Below, piece after piece: positions 36,114 to 44,949 of a DNA stretch of 64,000 nt. The DNA lies in contig CALXZI010000003.1 of assembly GCA_944393205.1 (NCBI GenBank), positions 643 to 64,642 on the forward strand. Direction: 5' to 3'. Within the stretch, counting starts at the first letter, position 1; every line of letters begins with the position of its first letter. The notes under the pieces were generated by a model. That model saw only the letters and a program-made list of their open reading frames with translations. It did not search any database and was not told the DNA's origin. This DNA is from an uncultured Alphaproteobacteria bacterium. Its GTDB lineage: Bacteria > Pseudomonadota > Alphaproteobacteria > RF32 > CAG-239. Position numbers and translations under genes: made by a program.

Positions 36114-36170
36114 ATAATCACATAACGATTATTTTTTATCTTGACATAATAATCATAATACGATTATAAA
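36114..36170 (+). promoter_or_regulatory. Repressor-controlled early promoter (TTGACA-18-TATAAA) flanked or overlapped by two more operator copies
   Basis: Operators ATAATC-N7-GATTAT at 36114-36132 and 36149-36167. Consensus -35 TTGACA at 36141-36146 and -10 TATAAA at 36165-36170. Confidence 0.6.
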
Positions 36171-36207
36171 TAACCTTGATTAAAGCAAATTAAAGGAGGT
36201 TAAAACC

Positions 36208-36498
36208 ATGTCAGATTTATTAAATCGCATAAAATCATCACCCACGCCGCGGCAGATTTCCGCACTTGAATATTATGCCGCCGCGCGCAAAAAGCAGAAA
36301 ATCGCTAATATTCTTTACACTCTGTTTTGGATGGCTGCCAGCGCGCTCTGGATTATAACAGTTATCAATATTCATCAATACAACCGGTCTTTTGACAACT
36401 GCCTTGACCTGCTGGAGCAAATAGAGGCCAACACTGTCATCTTGGATCAGCAAATCAACAGTCTTTCGCAGACAATCAGCGGGGTGGATTATGAATAA
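36208..36498 (+). CDS. Hypothetical early protein with TM segment
   Basis: First ORF downstream of the operator-controlled promoter. RBS aaggagg upstream. Confidence 0.45.
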   Translation: MSDLLNRIKSSPTPRQISALEYYAAARKKQKIANILYTLFWMAASALWIITVINIHQYNRSFDNCLDLLEQIEANTVILDQQINSLSQTISGVDYE

Positions 36499-36724
36499 CT
36501 GGCAGCCATATCCGCAAAATTCGCCCGCAAGCACCGATGAAGCCAAGCTCAAGGATTATGTTGTCCTTGTGCCAAACCCGCACCGGATTGAAAAAAGCGG
36601 CTTTTCCACCGCCGCCCCGCGTTATCAGGTTTGTCTGGCTTTTTGGATGGGCGACCGCTTTGTCAACGAACATATTGACGAACTTAACGTTCATTACTAC
36701 TTGGCCTTGCCATCACATTCTTAA
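36491..36724 (+). CDS. Hypothetical early protein
   Basis: Coupled ORF. Confidence 0.4.
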   Translation: MNNWQPYPQNSPASTDEAKLKDYVVLVPNPHRIEKSGFSTAAPRYQVCLAFWMGDRFVNEHIDELNVHYYLALPSHS

Positions 36725-36739
36725 AGGGAGATTTTAATT

Positions 36740-37006
36740 ATGATAGATATTTCGCAAATTCGCGCCGATTTGGAGGCAACTTTGCCGGCGGTTGTCGCCC
36801 GCAGCCAAATATCCCGCTATCTTGGCGGGTGCTACACACCGGCCACAATGGCTGTTTACGACAGCAAAGGCATCGGCGTTAAAGACCCTGTCCGCCTTTC
36901 CGGCCAAAAAATCGGCTATTCCAAACAAAATTTAATTGACTGGTTTATTGCCCGTTTGGAGGCTGCCAACGCGCAAAAGGGGAACAGCAATGAAGTTGAA
37001 GATTAA
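36740..37006 (+). CDS. AlpA/Xis-like small DNA-binding protein (candidate excisionase)
   Basis: Pattern ISRYLGG.YTPATMAVYDSKGIGVKDPVRLSGQKIGYSKQNLIDWF resembles AlpA/excisionase winged HTH. RBS aaggga upstream. Confidence 0.45.
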   Translation: MIDISQIRADLEATLPAVVARSQISRYLGGCYTPATMAVYDSKGIGVKDPVRLSGQKIGYSKQNLIDWFIARLEAANAQKGNSNEVED

Positions 37007-37436
37007 ATATTTATTCCCTGGCATTATTGAGCTGGCTTCCAGCGAGGGCGACAGCGGTTATGACCTGCGCGCCCATTTGGCCGAGGCGGTAACCATTGAA
37101 CCGAGCGGCAAACATTCTTTTGGCACGGGCATTGCTGCCGAGCTGGTGGATTATCCGGCCGCCGAAACTTTAAGTTACGAATTGCAGGTGCGCCCGCGTT
37201 CGGGACACACCGCCCGCGGTATTGTTGCCCAGTTTGGCACGATTGATGCCGCTTATCGCGGTGAAATTTGGGTCACTCTTTTCAATTTTGGCAAACTGTC
37301 GGTAACGATTACGCCGGACGAACGCATCGCCCAGCTTGTTGTTTGTCCCATTTATAAGCCACAGCTGGAAACTGTGCGTGAATTATCCGCCACCGCGCGC
37401 GGCAGCAACGGTTTTGGCTCAACCGGAAAGGATTAA
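36987..37436 (+). CDS. dut: dUTP diphosphatase
   Basis: Motifs GDSGYDLRA, RSG...GI, GTIDAAYRGEI, RIAQLV, RGSNGFGSTG. The ORF track start at 36936 is an upstream extension; likely start MKLKIKY. Confidence 0.85.
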   Translation, partial: AMKLKIKYLFPGIIELASSEGDSGYDLRAHLAEAVTIEPSGKHSFGTGIAAELVDYPAAETLSYELQVRPRSGHTARGIVAQFGTIDAAYRGEIWVTLFNFGKLSVTITPDERIAQLVVCPIYKPQLETVRELSATARGSNGFGSTGKD

Positions 37437-37440
37437 CCCC

Positions 37441-37611
37441 ATGCCGTTTAAGCTTTTCCAAAAACGAACCGACCGGCGGGTTATCCGCGCTTTGCAGGAT
37501 ATTGCCCGCGAAAACTTTGCCAACCCGTTTGACGAGCTTGCCCGCATCAAACTTCTGGCCAAACAACTGTTAAAAACATTACGAGAGGAAGAAAATGCTA
37601 GAAAATCTTAA
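37441..37611 (+). CDS. Hypothetical small early protein
   Basis: ATG at 37441 just after the dut stop. The longer ORF in the track overlaps dut and was trimmed. Confidence 0.35.
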   Translation: MPFKLFQKRTDRRVIRALQDIARENFANPFDELARIKLLAKQLLKTLREEENARKS

Positions 37612-37843
37612 ATTCTTTTGGCGTGCCAACAAGCCCGTCATTATGCGGCAAAAAAAATTTGATATGCTTGTTTTGCTTGCCATACACAACGCGCTTAAAG
37701 TAGCCGACAAATTCAGATGGAGCGCCCTTAACCCCGTTATTTACGACTTGGAGGCTTTGCGCGCCAACACTTGGGATCAGGATAAAATCACCAAAATACA
37801 GCAATGGCTTAAAGATAACTTCAAGCCGACTAAAGAGGACTGA
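37595..37843 (+). CDS. Hypothetical early protein
   Basis: ORF in an operon of coupled small genes. Confidence 0.4.
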   Translation: MLENLKFFWRANKPVIMRQKKFDMLVLLAIHNALKVADKFRWSALNPVIYDLEALRANTWDQDKITKIQQWLKDNFKPTKED

Positions 37844-37848
37844 AGAGC

Positions 37849-38058
37849 ATGACGACTTTATCCGAACAAATCAAAGCCGTTAAGCGCGAAATTGATTATC
37901 GCCGGCGGCTATACCCCAAATGGGTGCAAGACGGCAAAATGACGCAGCTTGAGGCAAATTATCAAATTGAATGTATGGAGCAGGTTGCCTGCACACTTCT
38001 TGCCGTTCAGGAATTTATCTTAAAATCATCAACCATAGACAGAAAGGCTTTATCATGA
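37849..38058 (+). CDS. Hypothetical early protein
   Basis: ORF in an operon of coupled small genes. Confidence 0.4.
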   Translation: MTTLSEQIKAVKREIDYRRRLYPKWVQDGKMTQLEANYQIECMEQVACTLLAVQEFILKSSTIDRKALS

Positions 38059-38660
38059 CAATACTTTACTTTACATTAGGTGCTTTTTTGCGCCGCTGGT
38101 TTGGCGGCTGCCTGGCCGATTGTAAAATACTCAACAGTCGCGGCGTTCAAACGGCGGCAATGCTGGCCGTTTTCCTATCAATTTATCTGCATGATTTCTC
38201 AAGCTGGCTGAACTGGCTGGCCGCTATTGTAGTCAGCTGCTGGCTGCAATTTCAGTTTTGGAGCAGGGGACACGGCGCTTGTTTTGACATTGGCCGCGGC
38301 ACACCAACCGCCGAAACAATCAGCCGTTATAACGAGCGTTGGTATCACTACCCGATTGATTGGCTGTTTAACAAGCTATTCAAAGAACCTGACAGAAAAT
38401 ACGGCTTTTTATATGACTTCTTATATATGGGGTTGCGCTATACTTGCCCGATGATTTTAATGGCTTTCGTTGATTGGCGCTATATCCTTATTGGTGCATC
38501 TATCAGCCCGATATATGCCTTTTGTTGGACACTATACGAGCGCGAAAACTGGATTTTTCAAAAAAATATTCCTTTTGTTGGCGGCGCAACAAATTTAGCC
38601 GAAAAACTTGCCGGTGCAGTTGTTTACGGCGGCTGCTACTTTATTCAAAACGGATTTTAA
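38052..38660 (+). CDS. Polytopic membrane protein, unknown function
   Basis: Multiple hydrophobic segments. Start assigned to MTILYF. Confidence 0.45.
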   Translation: MMTILYFTLGAFLRRWFGGCLADCKILNSRGVQTAAMLAVFLSIYLHDFSSWLNWLAAIVVSCWLQFQFWSRGHGACFDIGRGTPTAETISRYNERWYHYPIDWLFNKLFKEPDRKYGFLYDFLYMGLRYTCPMILMAFVDWRYILIGASISPIYAFCWTLYERENWIFQKNIPFVGGATNLAEKLAGAVVYGGCYFIQNGF

Positions 38661-38673
38661 GGAGGGTTTGATA

Positions 38674-39225
38674 ATGGAAACAGATGTACTTGCTCTAACT
38701 TTAGAGAAATGTCAATCAATAGTCGCTAAGGACGTAGAGCTTGAAAATAAATTGAAATTTGCAGTTGAGGCAATAATAGTTGCAAGAGACACTGCATATT
38801 CGGCAACACAAGATTGCCCTAAATGTGATTATATTGACAACTACCTAACAAAAGTACTTAAACAGCTATCCGATAATAAAGAAGACGACCAAAATATTAG
38901 CGCTGTTAAAATGAATAATTTAACAAACAGAAACAAAACGGAGTTCGAGCACCGGTTTGCTCTTGGTGATATAGTATTTTTAACCTTTTATTCAAAAGGG
39001 AAATACAGAGTTCGAAAAAAAAGCGGATATAAAATTACAGATATTCGTTTTAACTATAGTCTTGGCTGCAGTTATTTTGATGAAGGAATAAAAAAATCAA
39101 TCTATTATTGGCTAGAGGGAAACCCAAGCGTTCGTATGATTGAAGAAAATTCCTGTTTTCCGTCTTTAGAAGATGCTCAAAAATATTGCGATAAAAAAAA
39201 TAAAGAATTATCAAAAAAGGAATGA
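38674..39225 (+). CDS. Hypothetical early protein
   Basis: RBS ggaggg upstream of METDVL. Confidence 0.4.
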   Translation: METDVLALTLEKCQSIVAKDVELENKLKFAVEAIIVARDTAYSATQDCPKCDYIDNYLTKVLKQLSDNKEDDQNISAVKMNNLTNRNKTEFEHRFALGDIVFLTFYSKGKYRVRKKSGYKITDIRFNYSLGCSYFDEGIKKSIYYWLEGNPSVRMIEENSCFPSLEDAQKYCDKKNKELSKKE

Positions 39226-39524
39226 AAATGGGTACAAACTATTTTTTGAAAAAAAATTATTGTCCTCACTGCCACCGCGGCAGGACAATACACCTTGGCA
39301 AAAGCTCTTGTGGTTGGCAATTTTTATTTCACAAAAACCGGAGCGTAAAAGACTATAAGAGCTTTTGTAAATTTATCAAAACCGGAAAAATTGTTGATGA
39401 ATATGGATCAGTCATAACCGAAGAGGAAATGCTGCAAATAGTCAATAAACCTAAAGACTTCCTGCATCATGACCACTGCGAAATCATAGATGGTTATGAC
39501 TTCATAGACACAGACTTTAGCTAA
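39222..39524 (+). CDS. Hypothetical Cys/His-rich early protein
   Basis: CPHCHRG...CGW...HHDHC pattern. Coupled start. Confidence 0.4.
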   Translation: MKMGTNYFLKKNYCPHCHRGRTIHLGKSSCGWQFLFHKNRSVKDYKSFCKFIKTGKIVDEYGSVITEEEMLQIVNKPKDFLHHDHCEIIDGYDFIDTDFS

Positions 39525-39536
39525 AGGACACCATTA

Positions 39537-39734
39537 ATGCCTAAATTACTTGTTGTCTCAATATTGGATATGACCGACCAGCAATTAAAAGATTATGCCG
39601 AAGCCGTCCCCAACCGGACTAAAGATATTACGGCTGAAAAATTTTTGCAAACACTAAAAGGGAGTGGACAGGTAAATGTAAAATATCCTGACGGAACGTT
39701 CACCACCTACCAAATAATAAAGGAGCTACAATAA
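39537..39734 (+). CDS. Hypothetical small protein
   Basis: ORF. Confidence 0.35.
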   Translation: MPKLLVVSILDMTDQQLKDYAEAVPNRTKDITAEKFLQTLKGSGQVNVKYPDGTFTTYQIIKELQ

Positions 39735-39735
39735 G

Positions 39736-40020
39736 ATGAGCGATGTACTAAAGCTAGTTCTAACTGATCATTGGTTTGAAGAGATAAAAGCAGGAAGAAA
39801 GACGCACGAATATAGAGAATTTAAACCATTTTGGGAAAACCGATTAAGCAAATTTGAATTTAGCGCCGGCTGCGTTGTTGAATTTCAAAAGGCATATCGC
39901 AAAAATCCAGAACGTATGCTGTTTGAAATTAAAGATATTAAACTCGTAAGCGGCAAGAACACTGATTTACAATGTGATGGCATTGTTTTTGATATTGAAC
40001 TAGGAGAGCGTTTAGCATGA
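39736..40020 (+). CDS. ASCH-domain protein
   Basis: HWFEEIKAGRKTHEYRE matches the ASCH/PUA-like beta-barrel N-terminal signature. Confidence 0.55.
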   Translation: MSDVLKLVLTDHWFEEIKAGRKTHEYREFKPFWENRLSKFEFSAGCVVEFQKAYRKNPERMLFEIKDIKLVSGKNTDLQCDGIVFDIELGERLA

Positions 40021-40268
40021 GTGAACAAAAAATTGAAAGAGGCGATGTTTGGAAAGTCAAAAAATCATCAAACTGCAGAAACATCGTTATTGACACAAGC
40101 GACTGCAGAGGATTTATCGGATATATCCATTGCTACTACAAGCCCACTGGAGAGCTTGTAACTCTAGTAAGAATAACCGAACCAGAATTTTTTTACAAAA
40201 ATTGTGAATATTTAGGAAAAACCAAAGCGAGCATATATGAATTATTTGAGGCTCAAAATGCAAGATAG
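40017..40268 (+). CDS. Hypothetical small protein
   Basis: Coupled ORF. Confidence 0.35.
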   Translation: MSEQKIERGDVWKVKKSSNCRNIVIDTSDCRGFIGYIHCYYKPTGELVTLVRITEPEFFYKNCEYLGKTKASIYELFEAQNAR

Positions 40269-40692
40269 ATTAAAATACCGAATTTACGATACCGTTGATC
40301 GTGAATATGTAGAAGTTGATGCAATAAGGTTAACTCCGAACGGTATTATAGTTTGGCTGGAGAAAACAGAGCCGACTATTAACCTAAAACGGTATTTTAT
40401 TGAACTTTGTACAGGTTCAGAAGATAAAAATGGCAAGCTCATCTATGAGGGTGATATTGTTATAAATTCGCTAAACCGAGAAAGCCCTTACTACCAAGTC
40501 AAGTGGAATTCTGAATGTCTATCCTATTATTTTGAGCCAGTTGGAAATAGCAAAGATTTAGACGTGGAAATGCCTCTTGATATTGTATATGACGGGTATC
40601 ATAAAGAAAAGTATCAAAACGGATTTTATGACTTCTACGAGCCCTCTAGAACGGAAATCAAGTCTGATTTTTTGGCTCTTAATTTGCTTTAA
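40237..40692 (+). CDS. YopX-family phage protein
   Basis: KYRIYDTVDREY...DKNGKLIYEGDIV pattern typical of YopX. Last gene before the tRNA. Confidence 0.55.
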   Translation: MNYLRLKMQDRLKYRIYDTVDREYVEVDAIRLTPNGIIVWLEKTEPTINLKRYFIELCTGSEDKNGKLIYEGDIVINSLNRESPYYQVKWNSECLSYYFEPVGNSKDLDVEMPLDIVYDGYHKEKYQNGFYDFYEPSRTEIKSDFLALNLL

Positions 40693-40826
40693 TTTTCTTT
40701 AATTCTTATTACAAAAAGCTTGACTTTTCAAAGGTTTTAAGCTAAACAGGGTTTAATCATTCTTAATTGTTTTTAATTGCTTTTAATATGAAAATTGGGG
40801 ATAAATTGGGGACAGATTCACATTCC

Positions 40827-40873
40827 GGCCAAAAACAAAGGCTTTGCCGATTCCTCGCAAAGCCTTGATTTTC
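40827..40873. terminator. Bidirectional intrinsic terminator between phage early operon and tRNA-Leu
   Basis: Stem caaaggctttg...caaagccttg with a T-run on the + strand (atttt) and on the - strand (tttttgg). Confidence 0.6.
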
Positions 40874-40877
40874 CTAA

Positions 40878-40964
40878 TGGTGCGCTAGGCCGGAATCGAA
40901 CCGGCACGGGATTGCTCCCAACAGATTTTAAGTCTGCAGCGTCTACCTGTTCCGCCACAAGCGC
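40878..40964 (-). tRNA. tRNA-Leu (anticodon TAA), type II with long variable arm
   Basis: Reverse complement folds as: 7-bp acceptor stem (one U-U mismatch), D arm, anticodon stem-loop cuTAAaa, 14-nt variable arm, T arm GGTTCGATTCC, discriminator A plus encoded CCA. Confidence 0.85.
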
Positions 40965-41115
40965 ATATTTCAAAGTTGTTTATAACCATATAATTTTATA
41001 AATGCAACATAAAACTTGTTTTTTTTATAAAATTATGCTGTTCTGTTCTTGGATATTATCCATATGTACATTAACCAAATGTGACAGAAACAGCGTTTCG
41101 GCATTTTATTGAAAG

Positions 41116-41832
41116 GTGTTTTTTATGCAAAATATTAATCTTTCTTTTCAAAAATACATTTTTCCCAACATCAACAATGACGGGTGGCGTTTTATCAGTA
41201 TTTTTGCTGCAGCAACAGCGTTGTTGGCAATCATCTGGCTACCCTTGGGATTAATTGGTCTTGTTTTGACCATATGGTGTTACTACTTCTTCCGCGATCC
41301 GGATCGTGTCACACCGCAAACCAAAGATATCGTGGTTTCCCCCGCAGACGGCGTCGTACAAATGATTACACGCGTCACGGGTCCTGAAGAATTGGGATTA
41401 AATAATAAAACCTTTAACCGTATCAGCATTTTTATGAGTGTTTTTAACGTACACGTCAACCGCGCACCGGCAGCCGGTAAAATTATCAGAAAAGCTTACA
41501 TTAAAGGAAAATTTTTCAACGCTTCGCTTGATAAAGCCAGTAAAGACAATGAAAGACAGCTTCTTGCCATGCGTACCGAATGTGGTAAAGAAATTGCTTT
41601 TGTGCAAATTGCCGGCTTAATTGCCCGCCGCATTATTTGTTATGCTAAAGACGGCCAACAATATCAAGCCGGAGAACGATTCGGCCATATTCGTTTTGGT
41701 TCTCGTTTAGATGTCTATTTACCAACTGACGTTGAACCACAGGTTTGTATCGGCCAAACCATGATTGCCGGAGAAACAATTTTGGCAAACTTAAAATCTG
41801 ATATGCCGCGAATGGAAGGGGCTGTAAAATGA
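41116..41832 (+). CDS. psd: Phosphatidylserine decarboxylase proenzyme (short form)
   Basis: N-terminal TM, RFGSR self-cleavage-type motif. Adjacent to pssA as in alphaproteobacteria. Confidence 0.75.
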   Translation: MFFMQNINLSFQKYIFPNINNDGWRFISIFAAATALLAIIWLPLGLIGLVLTIWCYYFFRDPDRVTPQTKDIVVSPADGVVQMITRVTGPEELGLNNKTFNRISIFMSVFNVHVNRAPAAGKIIRKAYIKGKFFNASLDKASKDNERQLLAMRTECGKEIAFVQIAGLIARRIICYAKDGQQYQAGERFGHIRFGSRLDVYLPTDVEPQVCIGQTMIAGETILANLKSDMPRMEGAVK

Positions 41833-42632
41833 GAAATATTCACAAAATAAAAAATATCAATGACCGTATTATGTTATCCAAACAACGACTTAAAGAAGTT
41901 CCATTCCGCAAATTAGCGCCAAACATCTTAACCATGATGGCGCTTTGTTCTGGTGTAACATCTATTCGTTATGCGCTTCAAGATGATTGGGTAAAAGCCG
42001 TTCTTTGTATTTTTTTAGCAGCCTTTTTAGACGGTCTTGACGGTCGGGTAGCGCGTTTTTTAAAAGCCTCATCAAAATTTGGAGCAGAACTGGATTCTTT
42101 ATCAGATTTTGTAAGTTTTGGTATTGCGCCTGCTATTTTAATTTATCAGTGGGCTCTGTACGATTTGCCTAAATTTGGTTGGTTTTTCTGTTTGCTTTTT
42201 GCCATGAGTATGGCTTTGCGTCTGGCTCGGTTTAATACCATGTTGGAAGATGAAGACCAGCCGGAATATTGGTCTCATTACTTTGTCGGCGTTCCGGCAC
42301 CTGCCGCAGCCGCTTTGGCGATTATGCCGATTGTAACGTGTTTTGGTTTTCCGTCTGCTGCCCAAATATTGCACACTGATGTTTTTTGTAGCATCTCTAT
42401 GTTCATAATATCTTTTTTAATGGTCAGCCGCATACCGACAATTTCCTTAAAAAAATTAAAAGTGCAAACATACATGATGTTGCCTTTAATGTTGATTGTT
42501 GTGTTGTTTATTCACTTCATCATCACCCAACCATGGCTGACTTTAGGAATAATGACCGGCTTATATGCTCTTTCTATTCCTATAGGAATCATAAAATTTA
42601 TATATGATAAAAAGAAAAGCACAAAACAATAA
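41829..42632 (+). CDS. pssA: CDP-diacylglycerol--serine O-phosphatidyltransferase
   Basis: CDP-alcohol phosphatidyltransferase motif DGLDGRVAR...G...D...D. Polytopic membrane protein. Confidence 0.8.
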   Translation: MRNIHKIKNINDRIMLSKQRLKEVPFRKLAPNILTMMALCSGVTSIRYALQDDWVKAVLCIFLAAFLDGLDGRVARFLKASSKFGAELDSLSDFVSFGIAPAILIYQWALYDLPKFGWFFCLLFAMSMALRLARFNTMLEDEDQPEYWSHYFVGVPAPAAAALAIMPIVTCFGFPSAAQILHTDVFCSISMFIISFLMVSRIPTISLKKLKVQTYMMLPLMLIVVLFIHFIITQPWLTLGIMTGLYALSIPIGIIKFIYDKKKSTKQ

Positions 42633-42639
42633 AAAAGAG

Positions 42640-42665
42640 CGGATTTTCCGCTCTTTTTCATCTAC
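42640..42665. terminator. Bidirectional Rho-independent terminator after pssA
   Basis: agagcgg-attttc-cgctct flanked by A-run and T-run. Confidence 0.65.
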
Positions 42666-42817
42666 CAAGGAACGCCTTTTACACATCTGTCCGGATTTTT
42701 TTCACAATAGCCTTCGTCCTGTCCTAAACTATGTAGACGATTTCTGTCTTCAGGAAAATCTCCGGCTACAACGCAACCGCTCAAAAACAACAAGAGAAAC
42801 AAAGCTATTTTTTTCAT
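42662..42817 (-). CDS. Small lipoprotein (51 aa), not in the ORF track
   Basis: Hand translation of the - strand: MKKIALFLLLFLSGCVVAGDFPEDRNRLHSLGQDEGYCEKNPDRCVKGVPW. Signal peptide plus lipobox LSGC. Confidence 0.45.
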   Translation of the reverse strand: MKKIALFLLLFLSGCVVAGDFPEDRNRLHSLGQDEGYCEKNPDRCVKGVPW

Positions 42818-42826
42818 CTTCTTTCC

Positions 42827-43195
42827 TTATAATGAAATTTTCAATCCGCAATATATAACCAATAAAATCATTAATCTTGCTATATGACGCAACCAAATAC
42901 TTTTATCATATTCCGCTGAACTGCGCCACACGCCAAACAGGACAATAAGTGAATAAAGGCACAATGCCAACAAACAAACAAAGTACCCTATGGTCAAGAA
43001 CAATATCATATTATCCATATGTAAAGGCGAAAAATAATGCGTATAGTAGTAACTTACAGAAACACCATTGAGCTTTTGCATTAAAAACATCTTAAAAATT
43101 TTGGTAACAACAGCACACAAAAGCACACCCATGACACCAAATTTCCAAAAGGTTTCTTTCAATGACAATTTACCATAAAACAAATTACCAAACAT
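42827..43195 (-). CDS. Membrane protein, hypothetical
   Basis: Three hydrophobic segments. Confidence 0.45.
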   Translation of the reverse strand: MFGNLFYGKLSLKETFWKFGVMGVLLCAVVTKIFKMFLMQKLNGVSVSYYYTHYFSPLHMDNMILFLTIGYFVCLLALCLYSLIVLFGVWRSSAEYDKSIWLRHIARLMILLVIYCGLKISL

Positions 43196-43230
43196 TTCGT
43201 CCTCTCTTTTTTAATATAAAGTAAACAGTC

Positions 43231-44949
43231 TTAAAAATTCGTTATAATCTTTATATACGGTTTGCTTCCCAATTCTTGCTGTATGCCGGCAATATAACGC
43301 GGCCATTCTCCCCATGTCGCCCAACGATTAATAAATTCGCTGGCAACTTCCACCGATTTGGAAAGTTGAACCCTAATAGTTTCTTCTAGCAATTTGTACA
43401 TTGTTGAGCCTATAATATCAAAATCAATGTGCATTTTTTTGGCATCATCAAACCAAATAGCCTTGCTTTCCAATAAATAATTAAACTCTATTAAATCCGC
43501 CACCCGATGTGGTTGGGATAAAAATGGTTTAGCACGCAAAAATAAATTTCCGACAATCCATGATGTATAAATTTTACGCAACCGTTCCCTGTTAAAATCG
43601 TTTGTTTTTTTTGCTATTTCCGTAATGGAAGCAATAGAAATAACGTTGGCTTTATGTTCTTCAATAATATGCTTATACATTCCTAAAGAATTTTGATAAG
43701 AACTCCCCGGACCAAGAGAATGCCCGTTTTCATGTCCTATGACAAACACAATGATTTCAGATTTATCAACATAAGCATGCAATGTTGGATCAACCAATTT
43801 TTCCAACAATTTTTGCTCTCTTTCTTCATCGCGACTAAAACGAATTTGGCGATGATAAACATTTCGGCGGCCACCTCCTGTTTGCACCGAAATTTTATCA
43901 TTGTTTGGCAAATTTTGCGCTGCGGTAATGCCGCCGCGGCACATAGCATAATCACCGGTTAAAGCAATTAAATCAACATCTACCATGGTTTGCTTTAGAT
44001 TATCTTCATCAACATTGTGTTGCACATATTGTTCTTTATATGGCATCCATGTGGCTAAAGATGGTAACATTTTTTTTGAAATCAAAATTTTTTCGGTTGC
44101 TTGCTTGTTAACAATACCCACGCGGCAGCCTAATGTGTCTTTTGCGACAACATTAATATTATATTCTCCTAAAAGCTTGATAATATCCGGATTATCATAA
44201 ACCGTACCGGTTATTTCATCTTCATAATTTTCTCTGGATATGGTAAATTCCAAACAAGTATCTTGCAAAGCGGCCCAGCTTTTATCCGCCAACATATCCA
44301 TATCCGGATTGTTTTGCCGCAACGCTTCAATCTGCCATTTAAGATATTCCTTAAACGCCGGCTCTGTGCAATAATAAGCCGCCGCCTCCAATTCTTGAGC
44401 AATTTCAGCAAAAACACTTGCAAAATATTCTGTATAATCTATAGCTTTAAGACTTTTACCGGAGCGCCTAACCATCGTCCGTGCCGATAAAATTTTGCGG
44501 ATTTCATCAATTTCACCGCGCTTTCCCATTTCTATCAAAATACGATGAAATTCTTCTACCGACATATCGTTCGGATAAAAATTTCTCCCCGGCAATAAGG
44601 AAATCTCTTTAAAAATCCGAATAGGTTCTTGATCAATTCCATTATATCCGATAACACCGTTCAAGCTGTTAAATAACTCTAAAGCCTTTTCTGCATGCGT
44701 GCTTTTTAATGAAGCCCTTTCCAAACCTTCCTTCAGCTTTAAATTGAGCGGATTATCCTGTTCCAACGCAACATCATTAATTAAATATGCGGCATTTACC
44801 AAATGTTCTAAAGCTTTTTTATCACCTTCTGAAAGACTTTTATAGCCGTCAAAATCTTTAGATACCAACTCAACCGAGCGCATTTGTTTTTTAAGCATAA
44901 AATCAAGTTGCTCTTCGCTATAGTTTAATTCATATCCGTCAATTTTCAT
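43231..44949 (-). CDS. Putative zinc-dependent hydrolase/peptidase (HExxH)
   Basis: VIGHENGHSLGPG motif. 572-aa soluble protein. Confidence 0.45.
   Translation of the reverse strand: MKIDGYELNYSEEQLDFMLKKQMRSVELVSKDFDGYKSLSEGDKKALEHLVNAAYLINDVALEQDNPLNLKLKEGLERASLKSTHAEKALELFNSLNGVIGYNGIDQEPIRIFKEISLLPGRNFYPNDMSVEEFHRILIEMGKRGEIDEIRKILSARTMVRRSGKSLKAIDYTEYFASVFAEIAQELEAAAYYCTEPAFKEYLKWQIEALRQNNPDMDMLADKSWAALQDTCLEFTISRENYEDEITGTVYDNPDIIKLLGEYNINVVAKDTLGCRVGIVNKQATEKILISKKMLPSLATWMPYKEQYVQHNVDEDNLKQTMVDVDLIALTGDYAMCRGGITAAQNLPNNDKISVQTGGGRRNVYHRQIRFSRDEEREQKLLEKLVDPTLHAYVDKSEIIVFVIGHENGHSLGPGSSYQNSLGMYKHIIEEHKANVISIASITEIAKKTNDFNRERLRKIYTSWIVGNLFLRAKPFLSQPHRVADLIEFNYLLESKAIWFDDAKKMHIDFDIIGSTMYKLLEETIRVQLSKSVEVASEFINRWATWGEWPRYIAGIQQELGSKPYIKIITNF

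Larger units (their letters stand above)
1..40877. mobile_element. Integrated temperate phage (prophage); left edge outside the window, right edge next to tRNA-Leu
   Basis: Contiguous block of integrase, lysis cassette, DGR, T7-like structural module, terminase, cI/cro switch and early genes. GC-richer than the flanking host genes. Ends at a tRNA gene. Confidence 0.8.

Noticed and set aside
43231-44949. Assigning the HExxH protein to a specific peptidase family (M49/DPP3, M48)
   Set aside because: Only a single HENGH motif is recognisable. It is not enough to name a family without profile searches.
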